64,000 nucleotides of DNA from an uncultured delta proteobacterium (GCA_963845515.1 CAWJSR010000020.1:64001-128000); one strand, 5' to 3'. Counted from the stretch's first letter, positions 10,274 through 21,565 are shown. The notes: a model not told the origin generated them from the sequence alone. Numbers and translations are program-made.

Positions 10274-10294
10274 CGGGCAACCGGCGGCCGTCAC

Positions 10295-11215
10295 TCAGCG
10301 CGCGCCCAGCAGGATCGCCCCCAGGCTGAGCCAGCCTGCGACGAGGGCGACGACGAGCGGTCGCGGCAGGCGCCGAAGCCGGAAGCCGCCGGAGGGATCC
10401 CCCTCGTCCCGGAGCGTGACGCGCGTCGGGAGCGGCGTCGGAGGCGACGCGGCCTTGAAGATCGCGGCGATCACCGCGATCGCGACCGCCCCGGCGGCGA
10501 CGCCGACGAGGGCCATCCCGAGCGTCGGCTCCTCGCCCCCGGCGTCGTCCGGAGCGAAGAGCACGAGCGAAGCCGCGATCCCGTTGTTGGTCGCGTGCGC
10601 GATCACGGCTGGCCAGATGGAGCCGCTTCGCCACGAGAGCCAGCCGTAGAGCGCACCGAGCACGACGAGCGACGGCGCACGGATCGGGTCCAGGTGCAGC
10701 AGCGCGAACACCACGGCGCTCCCGCCGATCGCGAGGGCGGGCCGGCGGCGGGAGAGCCACGCCGAGACGAGGTAGCCCCGAAAGGCGATCTCCTCGCAGA
10801 CGGGGGCGATCAGGGCGGCGGCGACGGCGAACCCGGCCTGCTCGACCGCCGAGCCCTCGAAGAGCCGCGTGAGGTCGTAGCGTTGGACGAGCGCCTCGGG
10901 GGCCACGGCGCGAACCGCGGCGAAGAGCGCGCTGCCGAGGAACCACGCCGAGGTTCCGACGAGGAGCGCCAGCCCCGCGGCGGACGGCGAGGGGGCGCGC
11001 AGCCGGAGCCACGCACGGGGCTCCAGGTTGGCCCCGGCCGTCGCGACGACCGCAGGGACCAGGAACACGAAGAGCTCGGTCCAGAGCAGCCCGGGGAGCG
11101 GGCTCGCGACCTGCGCGAAGAGGCCGGCAGGGAGCAGGAGCGCGAGGACGAGGGCGAAGCGCGTCCCGCTCTTCCCCTCATCGGGCCGCGCCGGGCTGGT
11201 GGCGAAGGGCTCCAA
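10295..11215 (-). CDS. CPBP/CAAX (Abi) intramembrane glutamic endopeptidase
   Basis: EEIAFRG, FALLH, HATNN motifs; start uncertain (TTG 11215 or ATG 11272). Confidence 0.82.
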   Translation of the reverse strand: MEPFATSPARPDEGKSGTRFALVLALLLPAGLFAQVASPLPGLLWTELFVFLVPAVVATAGANLEPRAWLRLRAPSPSAAGLALLVGTSAWFLGSALFAAVRAVAPEALVQRYDLTRLFEGSAVEQAGFAVAAALIAPVCEEIAFRGYLVSAWLSRRRPALAIGGSAVVFALLHLDPIRAPSLVVLGALYGWLSWRSGSIWPAVIAHATNNGIAASLVLFAPDDAGGEEPTLGMALVGVAAGAVAIAVIAAIFKAASPPTPLPTRVTLRDEGDPSGGFRLRRLPRPLVVALVAGWLSLGAILLGAR

Positions 11216-11270
11216 GGACGCGATGATACCTCTGCCTCGTTTCGGCAAGACCCCTGTATCATCGTCGGCC

Positions 11271-12491
11271 ATGAACTTCGCAAACCGGACCGTCGTCCTC
11301 GGGGTGGGGGGCGGCATCGCCGCGTACAAGGCCGTCGAGGTGGCACGCGCCGTCGTGAAGGGGCGCGGGACGGTCCGCGTCGCCATGACCCCGGCCGCGA
11401 CCCGGTTCGTCGGCCCGCTCACCTTCCAGGCGGTCTCGGGCGCTCCAGTCCTCACCGACCTCTTCGACACCTCGGTCGAGCAGACCTACGGCCACCTCGG
11501 CCTCGCGCGGGCGGCCGACATCTTCGTGGTCGCCCCGGCCACAGCCGACCTCATCGCGCGGCTGCGCGCGGGCATGGCGGACGACGCGGTCACCACCACC
11601 GCCCTCGCGGTGACCTGTCCGGTCCTGGTCGCCCCCGCGATGAACACGCGCATGTGGAAGAACGCGGCGGTGCAGGAGAACCTCGCCGCCCTGCGGGCGC
11701 GCGGCTGGCAGGTGGTCGGGCCGGGCTCCGGCTCCCTCGCTGACGGCGACTTCGGCGAGGGGCGCATGGCGGAGCCGGAGGAGATCGCGCTCGCGGCCGC
11801 GCGCCTGCTCGGGAACGTCGACCTCTCCGGCCGAAGGGTCCTCGTCACCGCCGGGCCGACGCGCGAGCCGATCGATCCGGTCCGCTTCATCTCGAACCCG
11901 TCGTCCGGGAAGATGGGCTACGCGCTCGCGGCGGTCGCCGCGCGGCGGGGCGCCGAGGTCGTCCTGGTCTCGGGGCCGGTCGCCATCCCCGAGCCGGCCG
12001 GCGTCCGCGTGATCCACGTGGAGACGGCGGAGGAGATGGCGCGCGCGGTGGAGCAGGAGGCGGGGACGATGGACCTCTTCGTCGCCGCGGCCGCAGTCTC
12101 GGACTACCGCCCACGGGTGGTCGCCGCCCAGAAGATCAAGAAGGGTCCAGGGAGCGAGACGCTGGAGCTCTCCCGCACCCCCGACATCCTCGCCGGGCTC
12201 GGCGACCGCTACGGTGGCAAGGCGGGCGGCCCCGTCCTCGTCGGCTTCGCGGCGGAGACGGAGGACGTGATCGCCAACGCACGGGAGAAGCTCAAGGCGA
12301 AGCGCTGTGATCTCGTCGTGGCGAACAAGGTGGGCGCCCCCGGGTCCGGGTTCGGCGGCGACACCAACCGCGTGGCGCTCGTGTCGCAGACCGAGCTGGC
12401 CGAGATCGAGGGGCCGAAGGAGCAGGTGGCCGAGGCGATCCTCGACTGGATCCTGCCGGTCCTGGATCACCGCCGGCCACGGCCGGAGTGA
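11271..12491 (+). CDS. coaBC: Bifunctional phosphopantothenoylcysteine decarboxylase/ligase
   Basis: GGGIAAYK, PAMNTRMW, TAGPTREPIDPVRFISNPSSGKMG, GFAAET. Confidence 0.95.
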   Translation: MNFANRTVVLGVGGGIAAYKAVEVARAVVKGRGTVRVAMTPAATRFVGPLTFQAVSGAPVLTDLFDTSVEQTYGHLGLARAADIFVVAPATADLIARLRAGMADDAVTTTALAVTCPVLVAPAMNTRMWKNAAVQENLAALRARGWQVVGPGSGSLADGDFGEGRMAEPEEIALAAARLLGNVDLSGRRVLVTAGPTREPIDPVRFISNPSSGKMGYALAAVAARRGAEVVLVSGPVAIPEPAGVRVIHVETAEEMARAVEQEAGTMDLFVAAAAVSDYRPRVVAAQKIKKGPGSETLELSRTPDILAGLGDRYGGKAGGPVLVGFAAETEDVIANAREKLKAKRCDLVVANKVGAPGSGFGGDTNRVALVSQTELAEIEGPKEQVAEAILDWILPVLDHRRPRPE

Positions 12492-12497
12492 CGGGCG

Positions 12498-12537
12498 CCC
12501 CCTCACCCTGCCCTCTCCCCGGTGGGGGAGAGGGGAC
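12498..12537. repeat. REP-like palindromic element CCCCTCACCC-N-CCCTCTCCCC..GGGGAGAGGG
   Basis: Hairpin between convergent genes; related copy at 29003-29047; 21 nt identical to 62564-62584. Confidence 0.65.
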
Positions 12538-12547
12538 CCTCGGAGGC

Positions 12548-13492
12548 TCACGCCGCCAGGACGGCGACGCTGGGCGGCAGCACCAGCTTCCCGTGGATCG
12601 CCCGGCGGAAGCTCTCGCGGGTCATCTGCGCGATCTCGGCCGCCTCCCTCCGCGTGAGCTGCTTGCGGCGGACCCGCTCGCCCAGCTGCTTCCGGATGAG
12701 CTTCGCCATGCGCAGGTTCCGCTCGCCGGTGGCGTCGGCGCGGGCCGCGCGGCAGTCCTCTCCGTCGGCGAGGAGCCCCAGCACCGCGCCCGTCGAGAGG
12801 ATGTTGGCCTCCGCCACCAGGTCGGGCTCGAGGATGAGCCGCCGCTCGCGCGCGAGCGCCATCCGCGACACGTGCTGGAAGCGCCTGATCCGGGCGCTCG
12901 CGAGGAGTGAGCCGAAGAGCTGCCTCGAGACGGGGAAGGGGAGGAGCGACGCCGAGGTGAGCGCCCGGTGGAGCAGGTCGTCGTGCTCCCTCATCGCCCG
13001 CGTCGAGACGCGGCGGGCGAGCCGCCACATCTCGGGATCGATCTGCTGATCGTAGCGCAGCTCCCAGTAGCCATGCCCGGTGCCGATCCGGCCGAAGCTG
13101 GTCACCGTCTTGTACGGGACGTAGTAGTTGTGCGCGACGGTGTCGGCGGCGAGGTGCGCGAGGAAGCCGAGGGCGAAGGCCTTCTCGCCGCCCGCCTTGG
13201 CCTGCTTGAAGACGCCGAACCCGACCTGCCAGTTGTGGCAGTGGTGCAGGAAGCGGGCGAGGTTCTTCCCGACGACGATGTCGGCGGCGAGCGAGCCGTA
13301 CAGGAAGTCGTTGCCGAAGCCCTGCAGCAGCCCCTGGACGTCGAGCCCGAGGACGGAGACGTTTCCGAGCGCCTGCGCCGAGAAGCTGAGGTGCGCGAGC
13401 GGCCCCCAGGCCTGAGCGTCGGCCGGTGCCAGCAGCGCCGCCAGGGCCGCGGCACCGAGCAGGATCCGGAAGAGGGTGCGCCGACGGTCCAT
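12548..13492 (-). CDS. Zinc-dependent phospholipase C family protein
   Basis: Signal peptide then AWGPLAH; HCHNW; GFLAHLAADTVAHN; GHGYWE. Confidence 0.8.
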   Translation of the reverse strand: MDRRRTLFRILLGAAALAALLAPADAQAWGPLAHLSFSAQALGNVSVLGLDVQGLLQGFGNDFLYGSLAADIVVGKNLARFLHHCHNWQVGFGVFKQAKAGGEKAFALGFLAHLAADTVAHNYYVPYKTVTSFGRIGTGHGYWELRYDQQIDPEMWRLARRVSTRAMREHDDLLHRALTSASLLPFPVSRQLFGSLLASARIRRFQHVSRMALARERRLILEPDLVAEANILSTGAVLGLLADGEDCRAARADATGERNLRMAKLIRKQLGERVRRKQLTRREAAEIAQMTRESFRRAIHGKLVLPPSVAVLAA

Positions 13493-13548
13493 TTCGATCA
13501 ATTGTAATGACGGGCCTGAGCGCGCCGCAATGATACGGCGCGAGAACG

Positions 13549-14373
13549 ATGGAGCTTGCGTTGAGCGGAGAGCGAGAAGCGGAGCTGGGGGAGCTGGTCG
13601 AGGAGACTCGGCGCCACCTCCTGTGGCTGAGGGACGCCGGCTTCCGCGATCTGCCTGCGCCGGGCGCAGCGAGGAGCGTGACGGCGCGCCGGGGTGTCCC
13701 CGCGAGCGCACCCGCAGCGGCGCCCGCTCCTGCCGGCGAGGCCCCGGCGCGCGGTCCCGCGCCGGCGGGAGAAGCGCTCCCTTACGGGCTCGGCGACAAG
13801 GGCTGTGGCAGCGGCGCGCTCCTCTCCATCAGGCGGGACCTGGGCGAGTGCACGCGCTGCAAGCTCTCGGCTGGGCGGACGCACCTCGTGTTCGGCGTCG
13901 GGAATCCCGAGGCGGAGCTGATGTTCGTCGGAGAGGGGCCGGGCGCGGACGAGGATCTGCAGGGGGAACCCTTCGTGGGCAGGGCCGGGCAGCTGCTCAC
14001 GAAGATGATCGAGGCGATGGGATTCCGCCGCGAGGACGTCTACATCGCGAACGTGGTCAAGTGCCGGCCGCCCGACAACCGGAATCCGGAGCCCGACGAG
14101 ATCGGCGCGTGCGAGCCGTTCCTGCGTGCCCAGATCGCGGCCATCCACCCCAGGGTGATCGTCGCGCTCGGGAAGTTCGCGGCGCAGACGCTGCTGCGCG
14201 ACCCGACCCCCATCACGCGGCTGCGCGGCGGGTGGCGCGAGTACGAGGGCGTCCGGCTGATGCCGACCTTCCACCCCGCCTACCTCCTGCGCAGCCCCGC
14301 GGAGAAGGGGAAGGCCTGGGAGGACCTGAAGCTGGTGCTGAGCGAGCTGGGCAGGGCCCTGCCGGCGAGGTGA
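13549..14373 (+). CDS. Uracil-DNA glycosylase, family 4 (Fe-S)
   Basis: [39 protein letters not shown]. Confidence 0.93.
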   Translation: MELALSGEREAELGELVEETRRHLLWLRDAGFRDLPAPGAARSVTARRGVPASAPAAAPAPAGEAPARGPAPAGEALPYGLGDKGCGSGALLSIRRDLGECTRCKLSAGRTHLVFGVGNPEAELMFVGEGPGADEDLQGEPFVGRAGQLLTKMIEAMGFRREDVYIANVVKCRPPDNRNPEPDEIGACEPFLRAQIAAIHPRVIVALGKFAAQTLLRDPTPITRLRGGWREYEGVRLMPTFHPAYLLRSPAEKGKAWEDLKLVLSELGRALPAR

Positions 14374-14379
14374 ACCGTG

Positions 14380-15762
14380 ATGGGTCGAGCGCACAGCTGG
14401 AGTCGAGCCGCCCGGGTCGCCGCGCTCCTCTGCTTCGCGCTCGGGGGCGTGCTGGCCCTGGCAGCCCCCGCGGGTGAGGCGGCGCCGGCCCCCTCCAGCG
14501 CGCCGCGCGTCCTGGCGATCGAGGTCAAGGGGGCGATCACCACGGGGACGGCGGAGTACGTCGCCGGCGCCTTCGCGCGCGCGAAGGCGGAGCGGTTCGA
14601 CGCGGTGACGATCACGCTCGACACGCCGGGCGGCGCCCTCGACGCGGCGCGGGACATCGCGCGGGTCCTGCTGGGGAGCGAGGTGCCGGTGGTCGTCTGG
14701 GTCGGCCCGGCCGGCGCCCACGCGGGCTCCGCGGGGCTCTTCCTGACGCTCGCGGCGCACGTCGCGGCGATGGACCCCGCGACCAACATCGGCGCGGCCC
14801 ACCCGGTGACGATCGGCGGCGGCGACATCGAGAAGGAGGCCGGGAAGGACCTCGCGAAGAAGGCGGAGAACGACACCGCCGCCTTCGCGCGGACGCTGGC
14901 CCGCACCTACGGGCGGAACGCCGAGTGGGCGGAGAAGGCGGTGCGCGACAGCGTCTCGGCCACGGCCGACGAGGCGGTCCGGCTGAAGGCGATCGACTTC
15001 ACCGCGCCGTCGCTGCGGGCGGCGCTCGATCAGGCGGACGGTCGGCAGGTCCTGGTGGCGCGCGAGTGGCGGAGGCTCCACACGAAGGACGCGCAGGTCA
15101 CGCGCCAGGAGGCCACGATCCGTCAGCGGCTGCTCTCGTTCCTCGCCGACCCGAACGTCGCGGCGATCCTGATGCTCATCGGGACGCTCGGGATCGCGAT
15201 CGAGTTCTACCACCCTGGGCTCATCGTGCCGGGCGTCACGGGGGCGGTCGCGCTCCTCCTCGTCTTCCTGGCGATGAAGGTCATCCCGGTCAACGTCGGG
15301 GCCGTGATCCTCGTCCTCGTCGGCACGGTGCTCCTCGTCGCGGAGGCCTACGTGACGACGCACGGGCTGGCGGGGCTGGGAGGGGCGGTCTGCGTCGTGC
15401 TCGGGATGCTCTTCTTCGTGGACCGCTCGTCCCTCGACTACCGGTTCGTCCCGGGCGCCCTCGCGCTCTCCCCGTGGATCGTCTGGCCCGTCCCGATCGC
15501 GCTCGCGGCGCTGCTCGGCTTCGTCGGCTGGCGGGTGGCCGCCGTCCGGCGGCGCCCGCTCCTGCTCGGCGCGGCCGGGCTCGTCGGCGAGCGCGGGCAG
15601 GCGCTGAGCGCGCTGGGGCCCGACGCCGGGGAGGTCTTCGTCCACGGCGAGTACTGGCAGGCCCGCAGCGACGTCCCCATCGCCCCCGGCGCGGGCGTGC
15701 GCGTCACGGCCCTGAAGGGACTCGTCCTCACCGTTGAGCCCGACCCACCTGCGGAAGGATAG
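14380..15762 (+). CDS. nfeD: NfeD-family membrane-bound serine protease
   Basis: [22 protein letters not shown] block, C-terminal GEYWQA OB fold; adjacent to slipin. Confidence 0.9.
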   Translation: MGRAHSWSRAARVAALLCFALGGVLALAAPAGEAAPAPSSAPRVLAIEVKGAITTGTAEYVAGAFARAKAERFDAVTITLDTPGGALDAARDIARVLLGSEVPVVVWVGPAGAHAGSAGLFLTLAAHVAAMDPATNIGAAHPVTIGGGDIEKEAGKDLAKKAENDTAAFARTLARTYGRNAEWAEKAVRDSVSATADEAVRLKAIDFTAPSLRAALDQADGRQVLVAREWRRLHTKDAQVTRQEATIRQRLLSFLADPNVAAILMLIGTLGIAIEFYHPGLIVPGVTGAVALLLVFLAMKVIPVNVGAVILVLVGTVLLVAEAYVTTHGLAGLGGAVCVVLGMLFFVDRSSLDYRFVPGALALSPWIVWPVPIALAALLGFVGWRVAAVRRRPLLLGAAGLVGERGQALSALGPDAGEVFVHGEYWQARSDVPIAPGAGVRVTALKGLVLTVEPDPPAEG

Positions 15763-15769
15763 TGCCCCC

Positions 15770-16525
15770 ATGCCTCCGTTCGGCCTCCTCATAGCGGCAG
15801 CGCTCGTCGTCCTCTTCTTCCTCTCCGGCTTCCGGATCATCAACGAGTACGAGCAGGGGGTGGTGCTCCGGCTGGGGCGGTTCGCGGGCGTCCGGAACGC
15901 CGGCCTCAAGTGGATCATCCCGATCGTCGACAAGATGGTCATCATCGACATGCGCGTCACCGCCGAGCAGGTGCCGCCCCAGGACGTGATCACGCGCGAC
16001 AACGTCTCGGTGAAGGTGAACGCGGTGATCTACTTCCGCGTCCTGCAGGCCGACCGCGCCTTCCTCCAGGTGACGGACTTCCTCTTCGCGACGAGCCAGA
16101 TGGCGCAGACGACGCTCCGCTCGGTCCTGGGCCAGGTGGAGATGGACGATCTGCTCGCGCAGCGCGACAAGATCAACCGGCAGCTCCAGGAGATCATCGA
16201 CAAGCACACCGAGCCGTGGGGGGTGAAGGTCACGGCGGTCGAGGTGAAGCAGGTGGACCTGCCGGACGAGATGCGGCGCGCGATGGCGAAGCAGGCCGAG
16301 GCGGAGCGCGAGCGGCGCGCCAAGATCATCGCGGCCGAGGGCGAGCTGCAGGCGTCGGAGAAGCTGGGGCAGGCGGCAGACGTGATCGGTCGGTCGCCGG
16401 GAGCGCTCCAGCTCAGGTACCTCCAGTCGCTCGTGGAGATCTCGGCCGAGAAGAACTCCACCATCCTCTTCCCGCTGCCGATCGAGCTCGTGAAGCCATT
16501 CATGGACATGGGGAAGCCGAGGTAG
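15770..16525 (+). CDS. Slipin/stomatin (SPFH) protein
   Basis: [47 protein letters not shown]. Confidence 0.93.
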   Translation: MPPFGLLIAAALVVLFFLSGFRIINEYEQGVVLRLGRFAGVRNAGLKWIIPIVDKMVIIDMRVTAEQVPPQDVITRDNVSVKVNAVIYFRVLQADRAFLQVTDFLFATSQMAQTTLRSVLGQVEMDDLLAQRDKINRQLQEIIDKHTEPWGVKVTAVEVKQVDLPDEMRRAMAKQAEAERERRAKIIAAEGELQASEKLGQAADVIGRSPGALQLRYLQSLVEISAEKNSTILFPLPIELVKPFMDMGKPR

Positions 16526-16550
16526 GCGGACGGCCAGCGCAGGGATCCAC

Positions 16551-17321
16551 TTGCCGTCCGTCGTCACGCTCCTCTCCGACTTCGGCGCCGACTCCGGCTA
16601 CCCCGCGCAGATGAAGGGGGTGGTGCTGCGCGCGGTCCCGGACGCACGGCTCGTGGACCTCTCACACGCCATCCCGGCGTTCGACGTGCTGGCGGGGGCG
16701 CTGATGCTCGAGGCGTGCGCCCGCGCGTTCCCCGCCGACGCGGTTCACCTGGCGGTCGTCGACCCGGGCGTGGGGAGCCCCCGGCGGGCGATCTGCGTGG
16801 TCGACGGAGAGGGACGCCGGTTCGTGGGGCCGGACAACGGGATCTTCACGCCATTCCTCGACGGCGCGGCGGTCCGCCTCCTCTCCGCGCCCGGGATCGT
16901 GCCGGTCCCGGGGAGCGCGACCTTCCACGGGCGCGACCTCTTCGCGCCGGTGGCCGCGTGGCTCGCCGCGGGCGGCGATCCCGCGCGGCTCGGGCCGGAG
17001 GTGAGCGACCCGGTCCGCCTCGACTGGCCGCGCGCCGCGCGACAGGGGGAAGAGCTCCACGGGCGGACGCTCGCCGCGGACACCTTCGGCAACCTCGTGA
17101 CGTCGATCCTGGAGGGGGACCTCGTCGGCCCCGTCACCGCCGCGTGGGTGGGGGATCGCCAGGCGCGCTGGGTCAGGACGTTCGCCGAGGGGGAGAAGGG
17201 GCAGCTCGTCGCGATGGTCGGCAGCGGTGGTCGCGTGGAGGTCGCGGTTCGTGAGGGGAGCGCGTCCCAGCTGCTCGGCGCGGTGCGTGGGCTGCCCGTG
17301 CGGCTGCGCGATCGGCGGTGA
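16551..17321 (+). CDS. SAM hydroxide adenosyltransferase / chlorinase-fluorinase family (DUF62)
   Basis: LLSDFG, VVDPGVGS, GPDNG, ATFHGRDLFAP, DTFGNL. Confidence 0.9.
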   Translation: MPSVVTLLSDFGADSGYPAQMKGVVLRAVPDARLVDLSHAIPAFDVLAGALMLEACARAFPADAVHLAVVDPGVGSPRRAICVVDGEGRRFVGPDNGIFTPFLDGAAVRLLSAPGIVPVPGSATFHGRDLFAPVAAWLAAGGDPARLGPEVSDPVRLDWPRAARQGEELHGRTLAADTFGNLVTSILEGDLVGPVTAAWVGDRQARWVRTFAEGEKGQLVAMVGSGGRVEVAVREGSASQLLGAVRGLPVRLRDRR

Positions 17322-17398
17322 TCGGCAGCCGATCGGGCGCCACCGCGACCGGCCGTCCTTTCCCCTTCCAGCGCCCCCTGATAGAGTCACCACCTGAA

Positions 17399-17755
17399 AT
17401 GGCGGACACCGACAACAAGCGAATCGCTGCGCGGCTGCACCACGAGCTGCCGGTCGCCTATCGCTCGGTCGGCAGCTTCCTCAGCGACTGGGCGACGAAC
17501 ATCAGCCAGGGCGGCCTCTTCATCAACACGCGCAAGCCACTGGCGGTCGGGACCGAGGTGAAGATCCTGATCCAGCTGCCGGGCGCGGCGTTCCCCTACG
17601 AGCTGCACGGCAACGTCGCCCGCGTCACCGAGTTCGACAACGCGGCCAACATGGTCCCCGGCATGGGGATCCAGTTCGTCGGACTCGACGACAAGAAGAA
17701 GAGCGAGATCGACGAGTTCGTGACGCGGCTCCGGAGGGAATTCGGTGAGGGCTGA
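17399..17755 (+). CDS. TIGR02266-type single-domain PilZ protein
   Basis: RIAAR (RxxxR), NISQGGLFI, PGMGIQF. Confidence 0.85.
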   Translation: MADTDNKRIAARLHHELPVAYRSVGSFLSDWATNISQGGLFINTRKPLAVGTEVKILIQLPGAAFPYELHGNVARVTEFDNAANMVPGMGIQFVGLDDKKKSEIDEFVTRLRREFGEG

Positions 17756-19079
17756 CCCCTCCTCCGCCGTCGCCGTGCCCACCACTCTGGAGATCGACGA
17801 CCTCGCCCCGGGCGGCGAGGGGGTTGGGCGTCTTGGCTCCCGGCCGGTCTTCGTCCCGTTCACCGCGCCAGGGGATCAGGTCGAGCTGGAGGTCGCGGAG
17901 GGCGACGGGGCGGCCCACGCAGCCCCGCTCCGGATCCTGCGCGCCGGTCCGGATCGCGTCCAGCCGCCTTGCCGCCACTTCGGACCGGGTGAGGGCGACC
18001 GGGAGTGCGGTGGCTGCGAGTGGCTCCACCTCGCGTACCAGCGCCAGCTCGCCGCGAAGGAGCGGGCCTTCGCGGAGACGCTGCGACGGATCGGCAGGCT
18101 CGACGCGGCGGCCATCGGGCTCATGCCGATCGTGCCGTCGCCGCGGCCGCTCCGATACAGGTGCCGCGCCAAGTTCCACTTCGACCGCGCGAGCGCGAGG
18201 CTCGTCTTCTTCCGGCGCCGCTCGCACCTGCCGGTCAGGCTCGAGGAGTGCCACCTGCTGGTGGCCGGGCTCGACGCCCTCCGCGCGGCCGTCGGTCCTG
18301 CCATCGCCGCCGCGCGGCTGTCACCCCGCGAGGTGGCGCTCGAGTGGTCGGAGCTCGAGGGACGGGGGGCGGCGCTCCTCGTGCTGCCGGAGGTGACCGC
18401 CGCGGTCCGGGAGCGGGCCGAGGCGCTGCTCGCCGCCCTCCCTGCGCTCGCTGGGCTGGTGCTCCAGGCGGAGGGCGCTCAGGCCGTGACGGTCGGCGAC
18501 CCCGTCCTGGCGCACGAGCGGTTTCCCGGCGCCCCGGAGCGCGGCCTCCAGCGCTCGCGCCCGGACGTCTTCCAGCAGGCGAACCGTTTCTCGAACGCCC
18601 TCCTCGTCGACGCGGCGCTCGCGCTCCTCCAGCACGACGGCGAGGAGGTCCTGGAGCTCTTCTGCGGCGCGGGCAACTTCACCGGCCCTCTCCTGGAGCG
18701 AGCCGCCCACGTCTCGGCGGTGGAGGTCCAGGGGCCCGCGCTCGAGCTCGCCAGGCGTGACCTGGCCGGAGAGCGGGGGCGCTTCTTCGCGGGAAAGGCG
18801 CTCGACCTCGCGCGCGCGTTCGCCCGCGAGCGCGGCGAGACGGCCAGGCGGTTCACGCGGGTCCTGCTCGATCCGCCGCGGGACGGCGCGAGAGGGATCG
18901 GCCCGGTGCTGCGCGACCTCGCCGTGGAGCGGGCCGTGTACGTCTCGTGCGACCCGGCCACCTTCGCCCGGGACCTGAAGGAGTGCGCCGGGGTGGGGCT
19001 GCGCGTCGCTGCAGTCCAGCCGTTCGACCTCTTCCCGCAGACCCACCACGTCGAAGGGCTGGCCCTCCTGGTGCGGTGA
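17745..19079 (+). CDS. rlmD: 23S rRNA m5U methyltransferase (RlmD/TrmA family)
   Basis: TRAM domain, PPCRHF..CGGC, FQQAN, ELFCGAGNF, LDPPR, YVSCDPATFARD, DLFPQTHHVE. Confidence 0.88.
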   Translation: MRADPSSAVAVPTTLEIDDLAPGGEGVGRLGSRPVFVPFTAPGDQVELEVAEGDGAAHAAPLRILRAGPDRVQPPCRHFGPGEGDRECGGCEWLHLAYQRQLAAKERAFAETLRRIGRLDAAAIGLMPIVPSPRPLRYRCRAKFHFDRASARLVFFRRRSHLPVRLEECHLLVAGLDALRAAVGPAIAAARLSPREVALEWSELEGRGAALLVLPEVTAAVRERAEALLAALPALAGLVLQAEGAQAVTVGDPVLAHERFPGAPERGLQRSRPDVFQQANRFSNALLVDAALALLQHDGEEVLELFCGAGNFTGPLLERAAHVSAVEVQGPALELARRDLAGERGRFFAGKALDLARAFARERGETARRFTRVLLDPPRDGARGIGPVLRDLAVERAVYVSCDPATFARDLKECAGVGLRVAAVQPFDLFPQTHHVEGLALLVR

Positions 19080-19090
19080 GCGCCGCGCCG

Positions 19091-20395
19091 TCAGCGGTCG
19101 GAGGCCTCCAGCCGCATCGCCTCGCGCTCGCGTGACGCCTGCGTCGCCAGGCGCGCCTCCTCCCGCTCTATGGCCGCGAGCCGGTCGGCGAGCGTCGGGT
19201 GGCTGTAGTGCCACGCGCTGAACCATGGGTGCGGATCCACGTTGGAGAGGTTCGACTCGTGCAGCCGCACGAGCGAGCTGGCGAGCGCCTCCGGCTGGCC
19301 CGAGAGGGCCATCGCGAACTGGTCCGCCTCGTACTCCTGCCGGCGTGAGAGCCACGCACCGACCGGCGTCATCCAGAAGAGGAACGCGCCGCCCGCGAGC
19401 GTCACCAGGGCCGTGGCGGCGTGGAGCGACGGCGCCGCGAAGCCGAAGGCGTCGTAGAGCGGCCGCCAAGGCACGAGCAGCGACAGGATCCAGAGCATGG
19501 CCAGCGTCCCGGCGAGGGACCAGAGGAGCCGCAGCTTCACGTGGGCACGCTTGAAGTGGCCGATCTCGTGCGCGAGGACCGCCGCCGCCTCGTCAGGCGT
19601 CGTCTGCGCGAGGAAGGTGTCGAAGAGGACGATCCGCGGGCGGAAGATCCCGGCGAACCAGGCGTTGGCGTGGCCCGAGCGGCGCGAGGCGTCCATCACG
19701 AAGAGGCCGCGGTTGTGGAAGCCGGCGGCGCTCGCCAGCGCGTCGAGCCGCGCCTTCAGCTCCCCTTCGGGGAGCGGATGGAATCTATTGAAGAGAGGAG
19801 CGATGAAGGTGGGCCAGAGCCAGAGCACGAAGAGCTGGAACGCCGCCATCAGCGCGAAGAGCCAGAGCCACCAGAGCCGGCCGCTCCGGGTCACGACGCC
19901 GTAGACGGCGTAGAGGAACGGCACCCCGAAGAGCCCGACGAGCGCCATCGCCTTCGCCTTGTCGGCGATCCAGGTCGCGGGGGTCGTCCGGTTGAAGCCG
20001 AAGCGCTGCTCGATGACGAAGATCTGGAAGGCGGCGACGGGGGCGCTGGTCGCCACGTGGACCATCGTGACCAGCGCGAGGAAGACCACGAACAGGTTCG
20101 CCCCCCGCAGCCCCGCCGACGCGAGCGCGCGGTCGAGGAGCGGCAGGACGCCGGAGAAGACCAGGACCAGGATGACCGCGAGATCCCAGGTGTTCCGCGC
20201 CATGGCCAGCTGGCCGTTGGCGCGCACGTAGGCGCGGCTCTTCTCTGCAGCCCCCTCGTCGTACCAGGCCGCGATCAGCTCGGGTACGCCGGTCTGGGTG
20301 CGCGCGTGGCGGACGTTGAGCGCGAGGAGCGCCGTCTCGACGAGGTACTGGAGGAGCAGGGCGAAGGCTACGGCTCCGGCGACGATGGCTGCCAT
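19091..20395 (-). CDS. M48 (Ste24-type) membrane metallopeptidase
   Basis: HEIGH, MDASRRSGHANA, EYEAD, YSHPTLADR. Confidence 0.92.
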   Translation of the reverse strand: MAAIVAGAVAFALLLQYLVETALLALNVRHARTQTGVPELIAAWYDEGAAEKSRAYVRANGQLAMARNTWDLAVILVLVFSGVLPLLDRALASAGLRGANLFVVFLALVTMVHVATSAPVAAFQIFVIEQRFGFNRTTPATWIADKAKAMALVGLFGVPFLYAVYGVVTRSGRLWWLWLFALMAAFQLFVLWLWPTFIAPLFNRFHPLPEGELKARLDALASAAGFHNRGLFVMDASRRSGHANAWFAGIFRPRIVLFDTFLAQTTPDEAAAVLAHEIGHFKRAHVKLRLLWSLAGTLAMLWILSLLVPWRPLYDAFGFAAPSLHAATALVTLAGGAFLFWMTPVGAWLSRRQEYEADQFAMALSGQPEALASSLVRLHESNLSNVDPHPWFSAWHYSHPTLADRLAAIEREEARLATQASREREAMRLEASDR

Positions 20396-20497
20396 GGGAT
20401 CCAATATGGCGAGCCCCGATCCGGCGCGCAGCGAAACGGGGCCGGGCGCTCCGAACAGGGGGTGTGGAGCTGCCCCCCGCAGGAGGCGCTGCGCCCT

Positions 20498-21565
20498 CTA
20501 GCGAGCGGCGACGCCCTCGCGCAGCAGGCCGTAGCGCACCTTCAGCTTGAGGATCCGGAGGACCGACTCGTCCAGCCGCGCGACGAGCCGCGGATCCTGG
20601 CGGACCAGCTGGAGCACGGCGGCGCGCGGGTCCACCCCCTTCTCCCAGTCGACGGGGGCCGTGGTCAGGAGGACGTCGTTCCCGGCCAGGAAGGCGCGCC
20701 GGATGAGCTCGCTCGGGTCGCCTCCCGTCGCGAGGAGCAGGCTGGGGACGGCGAGGTCGTCGGTCACCGCGAGCCAGTCCTGGAGGTGGGCTCGGGCGAC
20801 GATCTCCGGCGCGAGGATGGCCGGGACGCCGCCGTACGCGGCGAAGCCCACGTTGGCCAGCATCACGCCGCCGAGCGCCTCGCCGGCCGCGACGAAGGCC
20901 GCCTGCTGGCGGGCGATCTCCTGCGGCTCGCGGTCCACGATGAGGAGCGCCTTGTCGGACGAGCCGGCCTCCGGGCCGTACCCGGGGTAGTGCTTGCCGA
21001 TGGCGATCACGCCCGCGCTCGCGAGCCCCCGGGCGAACGCCTTGCCCAGCCGCGCCACGAGGACGGCGTCGGCGCCGAGCGCGCGCTTGGTCTCGTGCAT
21101 GAAGCCGCGGTCTGCGAGGTCCAGGACGGGTCCCAGGCTCGTGTTGAGCCCGAGCGCCTTCATGTCGAGCCCCGCGCGCCGCCCCCACGCCTCCGCCTCC
21201 CAGGAACCCTCGGCGCCGAGGTCGCGTGCGGGTGGCAACGCGCCGAGCGTCGGGATCGACCGGAGCCGGTTCAGCTCGCCCCCCTCCAGGTCGACCGAGA
21301 TCAGGAGCGGGATCCTGGACCGCCGCTGCAGCGCCTCCACTCGCGTCCGCATCGCCTCGGGATCGCGGAGGATCCTGCCGAGCAGGATCACACCACCCAG
21401 GTCGATCGGTCCGTCCCCGCCCGGCGGGTGCGCGACGACGAGCTGCCCGACCTTCTCCTCGAGGGTCATCGCCGCGAGGGTTCGCTCGGCGAGGCCAGGA
21501 GGCGTGGCGGGCCCGGCTCCGGCCGCTGCGGTCAGGGCGATCGACGTGAGGAGCGGGAGGACCAT
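20498..21565 (-). CDS. Glycoside hydrolase family 3, N-terminal domain (NagZ-like)
   Basis: MTLEEKVGQL, VDLEGG, GPVLD, KHYPGYG, TDDL. Confidence 0.82.
   Translation of the reverse strand: MVLPLLTSIALTAAAGAGPATPPGLAERTLAAMTLEEKVGQLVVAHPPGGDGPIDLGGVILLGRILRDPEAMRTRVEALQRRSRIPLLISVDLEGGELNRLRSIPTLGALPPARDLGAEGSWEAEAWGRRAGLDMKALGLNTSLGPVLDLADRGFMHETKRALGADAVLVARLGKAFARGLASAGVIAIGKHYPGYGPEAGSSDKALLIVDREPQEIARQQAAFVAAGEALGGVMLANVGFAAYGGVPAILAPEIVARAHLQDWLAVTDDLAVPSLLLATGGDPSELIRRAFLAGNDVLLTTAPVDWEKGVDPRAAVLQLVRQDPRLVARLDESVLRILKLKVRYGLLREGVAAR

Noticed and set aside
10295..11215. CPBP/Abi protease as an abortive-infection gene
   Set aside because: Common housekeeping family in a core context with no defence neighbours
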